A stretch of DNA of 50,030 bases from Chiloscyllium plagiosum (Eukaryota), in NCBI RefSeq assembly GCF_004010195.1, contig NC_057749.1, forward strand, positions 25,273,248 through 25,323,277. Reading direction: 5' to 3'. Within the stretch, counting starts at the first letter, position 1. The number at the start of each line of letters is the position of its first letter. The notes beneath the pieces were generated by a model. The model was given only the letters and a program-made list of their open reading frames with translations, had not been told where the DNA came from and did not search any database. Below are positions 11,586-22,788 of this stretch, piece by piece. A program made the translations under genes and the position numbers.

Positions 11586-11804
11586 CAGTTGGTTCTGCTA
11601 TAGTGCAGTAGTTCCATTCTCATATAATCCCCCGTTATAAGAAAATCGTGTAATAGCAGCACCATTTAAGCTAATGGGGCCAGAATCGCGTTATAATCAA
11701 TACACGGTTTAAAAGTTCGCACTTTAGCAACAGTGTCCCCAATTGGTCAATCGCATTACAGTGAATTTGCCTTAACAAAATATGTGTTACAGCAGAATGA
11801 CCTG
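11586..11804. mobile_element. Tc1/mariner-pogo (Tigger-like) MITE, 219 bp
   Basis: TA on both sides; imperfect TIRs cagttggttctgctata / tacagcagaatgacctg; host CR1 resumes across it. Confidence 0.75.
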
Positions 11805-12196
11805 TATTTATCTAAATGTCATTGTAGCAGTCCCCACGTCCACCACTTCCTGGGGAAGTTCATTCCACACACTATCTATACAAAACAGTTGCCACTCATA
11901 TCTTTTTTAAATCTTTCTCTTCTCACCTTCAAAATATGCCCACTGGTCTTGAAATCCTCCACTCGAAGGAAAAGACACCTGATATTCAACTTATCTATCC
12001 CTCTCATGATTTTGTAAATCTCTATAAAGTCAACCTCCTAAGCTCCAGTGAAAAAGGTCCCAGCCTATTCAGCCTCTTATTATATGTCAAATCCTCCAAT
12101 CCCGGCAACATCCTGGTAAATTTCTTCTGAACCCTCTTCAGCATGATAATATCCTTCCTGTAACAGGGCAACCAGAACTGCACACAGTATTCTAGA

Positions 12197-13955
12197 AGAA
12201 GAGTATAAAAAAAGTAGGGGTATACTTAAGAGGGAAATCAGGAGAGCAAAATGGGGACATGAGGTAGCTTTGGCAAATAGAATTAAGGAGAATCCAAAGG
12301 GTTTTTACAAATATATTAAGGACAAAAGGGTAACTAGGGACAGAATAGGATCCTCAAAGATCTGCAAGGTGGCCTTTGTGTGGAGCCACAGAAAATGGGG
12401 GAGATACTAAATGAATGTTTTGCATCAGTATTTACTTGGAAAAGGATATGGAAGATATAGACTGTAGGGAAATAGATGGTGACAGCTTGCAAAATGTCCA
12501 GATTACAGAGGAGGAAGTGCTGGATGTCTTGAAACGGTTAAAGGTGAATAAATCCCCAGGACCTGATCAGGTGTTCCTGAGAACTCTGTGGGAAGCTAGA
12601 GAAGTGATTGCTGGGCCTCTTGCTGAGATATTTGTATCATCGATAGTCACAGGTGAGAGGCCGGAAGACTGGAAGTTGGCAAACGTGGTGCCACTGTTTA
12701 AGAAGGGCGGTAAAGACAAGCCAGGGAACTATAGACCGGTGAGCCTGACCTCGGTGGTGGGCAAGTTGTTGGAGGGANNNNNNNNNNNNNNNNNNNNNNN
12801 NNNNNNNNNNNNNNNNNNNNNNNNNNNNNNNNNNNNNNNNNNNNNNNNNNNNNNNNNNNNNNNNNNNNNNNNNNNNNNNNNNNNNNNNNNNNNNNNNNNN
12901 NNNNNNNNNNNNNNNNNNNNNNNNNNNNNNNNNNNNNNNNNNNNNNNNNNNNNNNNNNNNNNNNNNNNNNNNNNNNNNNNNNNNNNNNNNNNNNNNNNNN
13001 NNNNNNNNNNNNNNNNNNNNNNNNNNNNNNNNNNNNNNNNNNNNNNNNNNNNNNNNNNNNNNNNNNNNNNNNNNNNNNNNNNNNNNNNNNNNNNNNNNNN
13101 NNNNNNNNNNNNNNNNNNNNNNNNNNNNNNNNNNNNNNNNNNNNNNNNNNNNNNNNNNNNNNNNNNNNNNNNNNNNNNNNNNNNNNNNNNNNNNNNNNNN
13201 NNNNNNNNNNNNNNNNNNNNNNNNNNNNNNNNNNNNNNNNNNNNNNNNNNNNNNNNNNNNNNNNNNNNNNNNNNNNNNNNNNNNNNNNNNNNNNNNNNNN
13301 NNNNNNNNNNNNNNNNNNNNNNNNNNNNNNNNNNNNNNNNNNNNNNNNNNNNNNNNNNNNNNNNNNNNNNNNNNNNNNNNNNNNNNNNNNNNNNNNNNNN
13401 NNNNNNNNNNNNNNNNNNNNNNNNNNNNNNNNNNNNNNNNNNNNNNNNNNNNNNNNNNNNNNNNNNNNNNNNNNNNNNNNNNNNNNNNNNNNNNNNNNNN
13501 NNNNNNNNNNNNNNNNNNNNNNNNNNNNNNNNNNNNNNNNNNNNNNNNNNNNNNNNGAGGCTGAGGGGTGACCTTATAGAGGTTTACAAAATTATGAGGG
13601 GCATGGATAGGATAAATAGGCAAAGTCTTTTCCCTGGGGTTGGGGAGTCCAGAACTAGAGGGCATAGGTCTAGGGTGAGAGGGGAAAGATATAAAAGAGA
13701 CCTAAGGGGCAATGTTTTCACGCAAAGTGTGGTACATGTATGGAATGAGCTGCCAGAGGAAGTGGTGGAGGCTGATACAATTGCAACATTTAAGAGGCAT
13801 CTGGATGGGTATATGAAAACGAAGGGTTTGGAGGGATATGGGCCGGGTACTGGCTTGTGGGACTAGATTGGGTTGGGATATCTGGTCAGCATGGACGGGT
13901 TGGACCAAAGGATCTGTTTCCATGCTGTACATCTCTATGTCTATATGACTCTATA
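12197..13955 (+). mobile_element. Young CR1-type LINE ORF2 fragment spanning the assembly gap
   Basis: KSPGPDQVF.RTL, WKLANVVPLFKKG, NYRPVSLTSVVGKLLE; after the gap RLRGDLIEVYK and 3' UTR. Confidence 0.95.
12778..13556. other. Assembly gap (779 N)
   Basis: Run of N. Confidence 1.
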
Positions 13956-14629
13956 AGAAACCTCACAAACATCCTGTACAATCTCAACATAACGTTCCAA
14001 TTCCCTGTATTCAAAGATCTGAGCCATGAAGGCAAGCATACTAAACGCCATCTCAACCACCCAATCTGTCTGTGATGCAAATTTCAAAGAATTATGTACT
14101 GAACCCCTCAGTCTCCCTGTTCTACAGCACTACCCAATGTCCTACTTTTAATTGTATGATCTTGCCTTTGTTTGTTTTACCAAAATGCAACACCTCACAT
14201 TTATCCAAATTAAACTCCATCTGCCACTCTTCAGCCCATTGATCTAATTGATGAAGATCTCTTTCAAATCTAAGGAACCTTCTTCACTGTCCACGAAAGT
14301 ACCAATCTAGGTGTCATCTGTTTGGATGTCATCAGATTGGCATGACCAGACTGGGTGGAGCTTAAGGCATCATGAATATGAACTCCTTCAGAATGTGTAC
14401 TCCATGCAACATCACCCATGGCATTACACAAAGAGGTCCAAGGTGAATTATAAACTTCATAAGCTGAGAAGTTTGAACAAGTGGCACAGAATTTTGTTCA
14501 TTCTTTAAAATCCTGTGTTCTGTCCTTTTATTGCATATCTCACTGAGTGTTCTCCTGTCCACTTGTATAATGGGAAACTGTGTAAAGTGCAGTGCCTCCA
14601 TTAGGGGAAAGTGTATAACCACAGGTTTA

Positions 14630-15770
14630 TACAACTTGAGTTTGATCCGGGTAAGTGTGAGGTGCTGCACTTTGGGAAATCACACGTTAAGGAAAAGTAC
14701 ACGGTTATTAGCAGGACCCTGAACAGCATTGATGTACAGAGGGATCTTGGGGTTCAAGTCCATTATTCCCTGAAAGTGGTCACGCAAGTAAATAGGATGG
14801 TAAAGAAGGCATATGGCATGCTTACTTTTATTGATCAGAGAATTGAGTACAAGAGTCAGGATATCAGAGTCAGGAGTGGGCGGCACGGTGGCCCAGTGGT
14901 TAGCACTGCTGCCTCACAGCGCCTGTAGACCCGGGTTCAATTCCCGACTCAGGCGACTGACTGTGTGGAGTTTGCACATTCTCCCCGTGTCTGCGTGGGT
15001 TTCCTCCGGGTGCTCCGGTTTCCTCCCACAGTCCAAAGACGTGCGGGTCAGGTGAATTGGCCATGCTAAATTGCCCATAGTGTTAGGTTAAAGGGGTAAA
15101 GGTAGGGGTATGGGTGGGTTGCGCTTCGGCGGGTCGGTGTGGACTTGTTGGGCCGAAGGGCCTGTTTCCACACTGTAAGTAATCTAATCTAATCTAATAT
15201 CATGTTGCAGCTTTAAAGACTTTAGTTAGGCCAGACTTAGAGTATTGCATTCAATTCTGGTCACCACATGACAGGAAAGATGTGGAGGCTTTGCAGAGGG
15301 TACACAAGAGGTTGACCAGGATGCTGCCTGGATTAGAGGGTATGAGCTAAAGGAGGGGCTAGAAAAACTCAGGGTGTTTTCTCTGGGGCAGCAGAAGCTG
15401 AGAGGAGACTTGATAGAGGTGGATAAAATTATGAGATGCATAGATAGGGTTGACGATCAGAATCTTTTTCCCAGACTTGATATGTCTAATACTAGAGGGC
15501 ATGCATTTAAAGTGAGAGGGGCAAAGTTCAAAGGGGATGTGAGGGGCAAGTTTTTTACCCAGAGTGTGGTGGGAGTCTGGAACACACTGCCAGGGGTGGT
15601 GGTGAAGGCAGATATGATAGGGACATTCAAGGGACTTTTAGATAAGAACATGATTAAGCAAGGAATGGAGGGCTGGCAGAAGGGATTAGTTTAAGTTGGC
15701 ATCATATTCAGCACAACAAGGTGGACCGAAGGGCCTGTTCCTGTGTTGTATTCCTGTGCTATGTTCGATG
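14630..15770 (+). mobile_element. CR1-type LINE 3' part interrupted by an HE1 SINE
   Basis: EFDPGKCEVLHFG, QRDLGVQVH, LRGDLIEV, FFTQSVV. Confidence 0.9.
14877..15196 (+). mobile_element. Young HE1-type SINE
   Basis: A box TGGCCCAGTGG 14889-14899, B box GGTTCAATTCC 14934-14944, CpGs retained, (AATCT)n tail, atatca on both flanks. Confidence 0.95.
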
Positions 15771-16734
15771 GTTCTTAATTCAAATGAGTCTGGGTGCATA
15801 TATAATGATAAAAGTGATCAAGACTTGTAGACTCAGGTAATATACTTATTGAAGGTATATATTTAAAATATTTTAAACTACACTTTTAGCATGAACAATC
15901 CCACCTGTGAGGATTGTCAATTTAACATGTTCTATTAAGGTCTGATGTTGAACGTAAACACAAAAACAATTCTGAATAAAATCTAACTCCAAACAACTGC
16001 CTTACTTGACAGATAATCCTTAATGAGGAGTCAGGAGTTTGAAAAATAGATCTTGCCAGAAACTGACTTTTAAAAGGAACTGGGTATAGTCCATTTGTGA
16101 CATTTTTGTGAAACCTTTAAGAACCACTAGTGTCGGGGGAGTGGGGCTGGTGAGGGCAGAAAATGCACACGCAGCCGATTCGAGCAAAAATTAATCATTA
16201 AGTGCTTTCGAGGTTGATTATTATTTAAAGATTCCGATGTTTATTGCATGACCGCCCAACTTTAATGGAGAGCTGGGCTGGTGCAGAGCGTCCTCTCCAA
16301 CTCACAAACATTCCTGCTCAATGGAGCTGAAATACAGTGCAGTGACTCCTAGCCTCCCTCTCCAACCAGGGCTGTCTAATTAAGATGCCTGATGAAATAT
16401 GTGAGGTTACTTTGCACAAACTGTCAGGTTCCATCACGGTCAAGTGGCCCAAGTACGAGCCAGCTGTCTTCTGGAATTAGGAACACTTCTAATTTTGTTG
16501 CTATTATTTATGTATGTGTTTTATTCTATATCCCATGTGTGCATTAAGTGCACTATGTTTGCTGTTTGCACAAAACCAATCCACATCAATGTGATGTGTG
16601 TTGGCGGAAGGGAAAAGGACAGCATCTTGTTACTGAGGCCTGCAAGAGTGGAGCCACCTTGAGGCGAATTCCTCTCCACGCTAATGTTTCTTGAAGCCCT
16701 TTTGGAAGAAACATGCATTCACCACCTCATGACA

Positions 16735-17262
16735 TTCTGAGCAACCAAAGAACTGCATTTCGCTGTTGTAATATAGGAAGCGAGGCTGCCAATTTACGTG
16801 CAGTGTGCTCCCACAAATAGCAATGTGAGCAGATATTCTGCTGATCGAGGGATACATTATGGTGAAGGCAGCAGAGAGAACTCACCCTGTGCACCTTTGT
16901 AATACAACCACCCGAGAGAACAAACAGATCCACTATCTATTCCATCATTTACGGGCGGCAGGGTGGCTCAGTGGTTAGCACTGTTAGGAATTGAACCCTG
17001 GTCCCTGGCACATTCTCCCAGTGTCTGCGTGGGTTTCCTCCCACACCCCAAAGATGTGCAGGTCAGGTGAATTGGTCATGCTAAATGCATAGTGTTGGGT
17101 GCATTAGTCAGAGGGAAATGAGTCTGGGTGGGTTACTCTTCGGACGGTCGGCATGGACTGGTTGGGCCGAAGGGCCTGTTTCCGCACTGTAGGGAATCTA
17201 ATCTAATCTAATCAAAGTCTGAAAGACGGCATTTCCAACTGCGCAGCATTCCCTCAGTGTCA
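16735..17262 (-). mobile_element. Ancient Deu-domain SINE (SacSINE1/AmnSINE1-like) relic split by an HE1 SINE
   Basis: ctgttgtaat.taggaa...gccaattt...ctcccacaaa.agcaatgtg and gaaagacggca...gcagca.tccctcagt; similar copies elsewhere in the window; family name from recognition. Confidence 0.6.
16952..17213 (+). mobile_element. HE1-type SINE (rearranged head)
   Basis: gggcggca..gtggctcagtggttagcactg, core, (AATCT)n tail. Confidence 0.9.
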
Positions 17263-17272
17263 CATTCTGTTT

Positions 17273-17597
17273 AATATGCAGGTGCCGGTGTTGGACTGGG
17301 GCAGTCAAGGTCAGAAGTCACATGACACCAGGTTATAGTCCAACAGGTTTACATTAAATAACCATGATTTGGAGATGCCGGTGTTGGATTGGGGTGTACA
17401 AAGTTAAAAATCACACAATACCTGGTTATAGTCCAACAGCTGTTGAACTATAACCTGGTGTTGTGATTTTTAACATTAAATAGCAAGCTTTCAAAGTGCT
17501 GTCCCTTTGTCACTTCACCTGACCAAGGGGAAGCGCTCTGAAAACTTGTGATTTCAGATAAACCTTTGAACTCTAACCTGGTGATGTGTGACTTCTG
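17273..17597 (-). mobile_element. PLE fold-back element (family A) with a smaller family A element nested at 17361-17472
   Basis: Outer TSD acattctgttt (17262-17272, 17598-17608); inner TSD acattaaata (17351-17360, 17473-17482); inverted arms. Confidence 0.85.
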
Positions 17598-17792
17598 ACA
17601 TTCTGTTTGGGATCTTTTGCTTTATAAATTCATTCTAAACTATGGTTGCTGTTGTACTGCAGAAAATATAATAGTTAGAGTCTGAGTCTTAGGATAATGG
17701 TGAGAATTTCCTAAATGGATCAATTTCTAGCATTACCATCTGAGAACGCTCAGTGTTTCATCGGATTTATGTATTCCTCTAATTGGTTGAAG

Positions 17793-17980
17793 CTGATTTC
17801 ATTTGCTTTATTATTGTCACATGTACCTAGGTACAGTGAAAAGTGTTGTTTTGCATGCAGTACTGGCAGACCATACCATACAAAGATCACAGGGTGAGTG
17901 AACAAAGCAAGAAATACACAGTTACAGCTGTAAACAAAGTACACAAAAAGCAAGATCAACCTTAGATTTGAAAATTGAGT
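17793..17980 (-). mobile_element. Rex/Babar-type LINE 3' UTR
   Basis: Reverse-complement match to 22080-22243 and direct match to 24565-24730. Confidence 0.75.
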
Positions 17981-18389
17981 TAAGGTTAGAAGCTGTTCAT
18001 TTCTTTTTGTGTGTTCTCGCTTTGACAGGGAAGAGGGGTTGGTGGGCACTGACAATCCTTCGACTGCCACCATCAAGGGGCATGGGGAGGACACTATTGG
18101 TTGGGCCATCCCTGCAGGCAAGGTCTGAGATACCATCCATATCCATCAAAGATCGTAATTGTAGACCACCGAAGGGAGAGTGCCTGTCTCACCCATCGTG
18201 CAGGTGAAAGGCTGAAGTGGCAAGAAATCTCCACCAATCGTGGTCAAGTCTTTGGCCAAGATCCAAGCACCCGATCCACCAAGATCGTGTGGACAATGTA
18301 ACGTAGAGTCATACACAACAGAAACAGAAATCCAGAATGGGATCTTCGATTCACCACCAGAACTCCCCACAGTTGAAGGTGTTAATGAC

Positions 18390-18540
18390 AGCTCCTACCC
18401 TAACCTTGATGGAGTCCTAGATGCCATCACAAGAAATGAAAGAATCTTCTGAAGGGGGACTTGAATGCCCCAAGTTGTCCCAAGCTGAATAGACAATGGT
18501 GGGATAAACCATTGCAAATAATATCCACCTGCTGAGGAAG
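18390..18540 (+). mobile_element. Highly degenerate LINE AP-endonuclease relic (RTE-like)
   Basis: YPNLDGVLDAITRNERIF, then a stop/frameshift, then GDLNA (GDFNA motif). Confidence 0.45.
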
Positions 18541-18717
18541 TCTCCACTATCCCATACCTCACACAGGCTATTCACCTCCAAACTCCAACTGCCTTGGTGT
18601 CTGCGAGCTTGAGAAACTGCAGTTTTGTTGTTAGTACCAGACTTGAGAGTCACCCTTAATCTCTTCAACGACTTTGAATGTTGCCAAAACAAAACTCATA
18701 TCAATCCACAATGAAAG

Positions 18718-18783
18718 AGTGGCACAGTGGCTCAGTGGTTAGCACTGCTGCCTCACCGCACCAAGGACCCAGTGCGGTGTGGG

Positions 18784-18825
<42 letters not shown>

Positions 18826-19005
18826 GAGTTTGCATATCCTGCCCATGTTATGCGTAGGTTTCCTCCCACAGTCTGAAGATGTGCAGGTTAGGTGGATTGG
18901 TTGTGGGAAATGCAGGGATGGGGTGGTCTGGCTAGGATGCTGTTCAGAGGGTCAGTGTGCACTTGATGGGCTGAATGGCCTGCTTTCACACTGCAGGGAT
19001 TCTGT
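18718..19005 (+). mobile_element. HE1-type SINE with internal (GT)n expansion
   Basis: tRNA head; GT run 18777-18823 grown from the tgtgtgg core. Confidence 0.85.
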
Positions 19006-19049
19006 GACAAGCTAAATATCCCACCTCCCATATATGTTGAATTATGTTT

Positions 19050-19165
19050 ATATATTCTATCCAATCCACCTATTCGGAGAAATTACTGCAGACCTCTGGA
19101 GCAAATGGGACTTGAACATGAGCCTCCTGGCTCAGAGGTAGGGACACTACCACTGTGCCTCAAGG
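19050..19165 (-). mobile_element. Short tRNA-head SINE
   Basis: Minus strand gcacagtggtagtgtccc...gttcaagtccc; second copy at 1715-1817. Confidence 0.65.
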
Positions 19166-19179
19166 TAAGGGTCAATTCA

Positions 19180-19392
19180 TCAAAGTCTTACCAGACCATA
19201 GGGCTGCTCTTTCATTAGACAGAGATAACTGGTGGCGATTTAACCTGAGTGGCCCCTATGCCTCAGGCGAGGAGAGAGGTTGAGAAGGAGAGTCCTTCGT
19301 GGTAACCTCAGTCAGTCCAAGAATTGAACCCATGCAGTTGGTGTTATTCTGCATTGCAAACCAGCTGTCCAGCCAACCAAGCCAACCAACAA
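19180..19392 (-). mobile_element. tRNA-derived SINE of a different family
   Basis: Minus-strand A-box-like tggcttggttgg and B box gggttcaattc; body unlike HE1. Confidence 0.55.
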
Positions 19393-19997
19393 CCCTAATT
19401 GGAATATGTTGTGCCTTTCCCATAATTGATGGCCAACTCTTCCTCGTGCCATTAATGAGTGGAACCAACTTCAAAGATAAGCTTCACCCACTCCCACAAC
19501 AAAGTCCTCTATAAGTCAACAAAGAGCCAGAGTGATCATCACCACCTCACTCCAAGGGGAAGTCACAACCACTATTAGATTTCATTTTAAGTCCAGGTTT
19601 TAAAAATTTCACCATCTGCTTCAGCGGGGCTTGAGCCTATATCCCCCTGACATTAGCCTGGAGAGCTGTAACGGCTAGTCCAGTGACGTGACCACCACAA
19701 GCATTAGCAGCAGTACTACAGAAATATTGTGACAAATGGCCAATTGTTTGGTCTGGACTTTAGAGTTTCAACTTTAGACTTGAAACATTTAATCTCTTTC
19801 TCCCCACCCCATGATTGTTGCTCAACCTGCTGAATTTCTCCAGCACTTTCTGTTTTCATTTCAGATCTGCAGCATCTGCAGTATTTTGCCATCAGAGTCT
19901 GGGCAGCGTCTTATAGAAGCAGCATCAGGTAGCAAGGCAGAGAGAGTCAGCGAGGGAATTCCAGAACTTTGTGTCTTTGGAAACTGAGAATTCAAAC

Positions 19998-20900
19998 CGA
20001 GTCTTACAGTACAGAAACAGACCCTTCGGCCCAACTCATCCATACTGACCAGGTTTCCTGACCTAAACTAGTCCCATTTACCTGTGTTTGGCCCATTTCC
20101 CTCTAAACCACATATCTGTCCAATTAAATGTTATAATTGTGCCCACCTTTACCATTTGCTCTGGCAGCTCATTCTCTACTTGCACCACCCTCAGTGTGAA
20201 AAAGTTGCCCCTCAGGTCCCTTTTAAATCTTTCCCCCTCACCCTAAACCTATGCCCTCTAGTTCTGGACTCCCCCTCCCCAGGGAAAAAACCTTGTCTAT
20301 TTACCCTACTCATGCCCCTCATCCTTTTTGCAAACCTCTATAGATATTATTAAATTAAGAGAGGGTGCAAAAAAGATTTACAAGAATGTTACTGGTCTGG
20401 AAGGTTTGAGTTATAAGGAGAGGCTGGATAGATTAGATTAGATTCCCTGCAGTGTGGACACAGGCCCTTCGGCCCAACAACTCCACACCGACCCTCCGAA
20501 GAGTAAGCCACCCAGACCCATTACCCTCTGACTAATGCACCTAACACTACGGGCAATTTAGCATGGCCAATTTGCCTGACCTGCACATTTATGGACTGTG
20601 GGGGTAAGCCGGAGCACCCAAAGGAAACCCACGCAGACACGGGGAGAATGTGCAAACTCCACACAGACAGTTGCCTGAGGCTGGAATTGAACTCGGGGCC
20701 CTGGTGCTGTGAGGCTGCAGCGCTAACCACTGAGCCACCGGGATGCCGGAAAGAAATTCCCAGCCTATTCAGCTTCTCATTATAACTCAAACCTTCCAGA
20801 CCCGGTAACACCCTTGTGAATCCTTTTTGCACCCTTACCAGTTTAATAATATCCTTCCTATAACAGGGCGGCCAGAACTGTATGCAGTAATCCAAATGGG
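19998..20900 (-). mobile_element. CR1-type LINE 3' part containing an inverted CR1 piece and an HE1 insertion
   Basis: PHLDYCIQFWPP...GLEGLSY on minus strand; 3' UTR at 19998-20110. Confidence 0.85.
20430..20748 (-). mobile_element. HE1-type SINE
   Basis: Full length, (gatta)n tail. Confidence 0.95.
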
Positions 20901-21490
20901 GGATGTGCAATTCTCCGTCTGCTAACTCAAAGAATTTCTTCAAATTTTGTTTTAAATGTAACCGCTCTTAGCTTATCAACATCTGAGCTGGAAATCAGCA
21001 CGCCATCAGGGGCATGCCAACTAGAGTGGGCGATGCATTTCACCAGCTAAACAAACATTCCCTTATCGCTATGGATTAAGGAGAGGCTGGGCATACCAGC
21101 TGACGTCCGGCACTATGAAGAAAGTGTTGGTGGTTACTATGCAACGTTGCCAAGCTTCAGGGAGCCTAACCCCAACCTTATCGCTTTATATTCAGGCTGT
21201 GATATTCAGAAGAGCTCCCCCAGGAGCTTTCATCGCCAAAGTCATTAGTATCTGCACTGTGTGTCAAGAACAGGTCAAGACAGCATTTGCACCTCATTGT
21301 GTGGCAAGGTAGAATGAAGTTCTTCTTTTGTTGTTGCTTAGTGCTTAGATTTCCCAATGCTCATATTAAGACAGTGTGCAGTTGAGGCTTCACATTACAT
21401 CTGAACGAAAATACACACTCCACTCTCATTCCTGTACTTTGCTTCTCTCTAATGTTAACTCCAGTTAAATTTGCAATCAAAGCACATTTA

Positions 21491-21726
21491 TGACTTGGAG
21501 ATGCCGGTGTTGGACTGGGGTGTACAAAGTTAAAAATCACACAACACCAGGTTATAGTCCAACTGGTTTAATTGGAAGCACTGGCTTTTGGAACGCTGCT
21601 CCTTCAGCAGGTGCTGGTGGAGAATCCTAAAACTCCACAATCACCTGATGAAGGAGCATCGCTCCGAAAGCTAGTGCCTCCAATTAAACCTGTTGGACTA
21701 TGACCCAGTGTTGTGTGATTTTTTAA
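21491..21726 (-). mobile_element. PLE fold-back element (family A) with 13-bp TSD
   Basis: TSD caaagcacattta (21478-21490, 21727-21739); inverted arms of about 95 bp; one-sided ~35-nt tail. Confidence 0.9.
21642..21676 (+). ncRNA. Minimal hammerhead ribozyme motif (PLE family A)
   Basis: CAC-CUGAUGA-A-GGAGC-AUC-GCUCC-GAAA-G-CUA-GUG; stem I CAC/GUG; AGCU palindrome; predicted cut after 21673. Confidence 0.7.
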
Positions 21727-21954
21727 CAAAGCACATTTAGGTTGGATTTCCCTTCTGGCTTTTAATCACTAAACGCTGAATGTAGGAGAAGATGTTAAAA
21801 GGCAGTTGTCCATAAACCTGGTGCAACTCCCAGGCTTTTGTGCAGGAGATGTATTCACATTTCTCCCACTGATGCCAAACTGAAATGCTGCAGAAGTTGA
21901 AGCAATAAAAACATTTCATTTTGCAATTAAAAGTGTCAATACCATTTCTAACTC

Positions 21955-22243
21955 AACAATTATAACCTCTTCCATTCTCTTCTGTCAAGCAGAAGATACA
22001 AAAGTTTAAACACACTTACTAACAGATTCAAGGACAGCTTCTTCCCTGCTGTTGTTAGACTTCTGAATGGACCTGTCAAATTTCAAATCTAATGTTGATC
22101 TTGTTTTTTGAGCATCTTCTCAAACATCATATTCCTCGCTCTGTTCTATTACCCTGACGCACTTTGTATAGTATGATCTGCCTGTACTGCACACAAAATA
22201 AAACTTTTCACTTTTCAACAATAATAAGTCAAATCAAATCAAA
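21955..22243 (+). mobile_element. Rex/Babar-type LINE 3' end
   Basis: SSRRYKSLNTLTNRFKDSFFPAVVRLLN, then UTR and (CAAAT)n tail. Confidence 0.85.
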
Positions 22244-22252
22244 CTATTACTT

Positions 22253-22564
22253 TTAGATTAGATTACTTACTGTGTGGAAACAGGCCCTTCGGCCCAACAA
22301 GTCCACACCAACCCTCCGAAGAGCAACCCACCCAGACCCATTCCCCTACATTTACCTAACACTATGGGAGATTTAGCATGGCCAATTCACCTGACCTGCA
22401 CATTTTTGGACTGTGGGAGGAAACCGGAGCACCCGGAGGAAACCCATACAGACACGGGGAGAACGTGCAAACTTCACACAGACAGTTGCTTGAAGCAGAA
22501 ATTGAACCCAGATTTCTGGCGCTGTGAGGTAGCAGTGCTAACCACTGTGCCACCGTGCCGCCCA
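22253..22564 (-). mobile_element. HE1-type SINE
   Basis: Full length. Confidence 0.95.
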
Positions 22565-22603
22565 CAATACCAATTGCTATTAATTGTGCTAATTTGAGGG
22601 AAG

Positions 22604-22788
22604 TAAACAGGCAAGAGGGGGGAAGAACGCAGCAAGTCAGGCAGCTTTCTTTCAGTCGACTGAAGAAGAATTATAGCTGAAACATTGACTTCTCCACCGC
22701 CTGACGCTGCCTGCCTTGCTGTGTTCTTCCAGCCTCCTGCCTATCTACTTTGGTTTCCAACAGCTGCAGTTTTTTTCTCTCTAACCTA
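22604..22788 (+). mobile_element. PLE fold-back element (degenerate hammerhead)
   Basis: Inverted arms ggaagaac.cagcaag.caggcagc / gctgcctgccttgctgtgttcttcc; ttgagggaag on both flanks; ctgaagaa...gaaac. Confidence 0.7.

Larger units (their letters stand above)
11455..14320 (-). mobile_element. CR1-type LINE interrupted by a MITE and a younger CR1
   Basis: Segments 11455-12195 and 13958-14320 are collinear with the similar copy at 30725-31420. Confidence 0.85.

Noticed and set aside
12415..13866. 483-aa ORF (and the 342-aa opposite-strand ORF)
   Set aside because: Length is an artefact of the N gap; the real parts are CR1 ORF2.
14877..14950. tRNA genes suggested by A and B boxes
   Set aside because: These are SINE heads continuing into the HE1 body; no complete cloverleaf or terminator.
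21491..21726. Fold-back elements as classical DNA-transposon MITEs or pre-miRNAs
   Set aside because: Variable 10-14-bp TSDs, one-sided tail, variable arm length, hammerhead cores and linkage of a sister family to GIY-YIG point to a Penelope origin.
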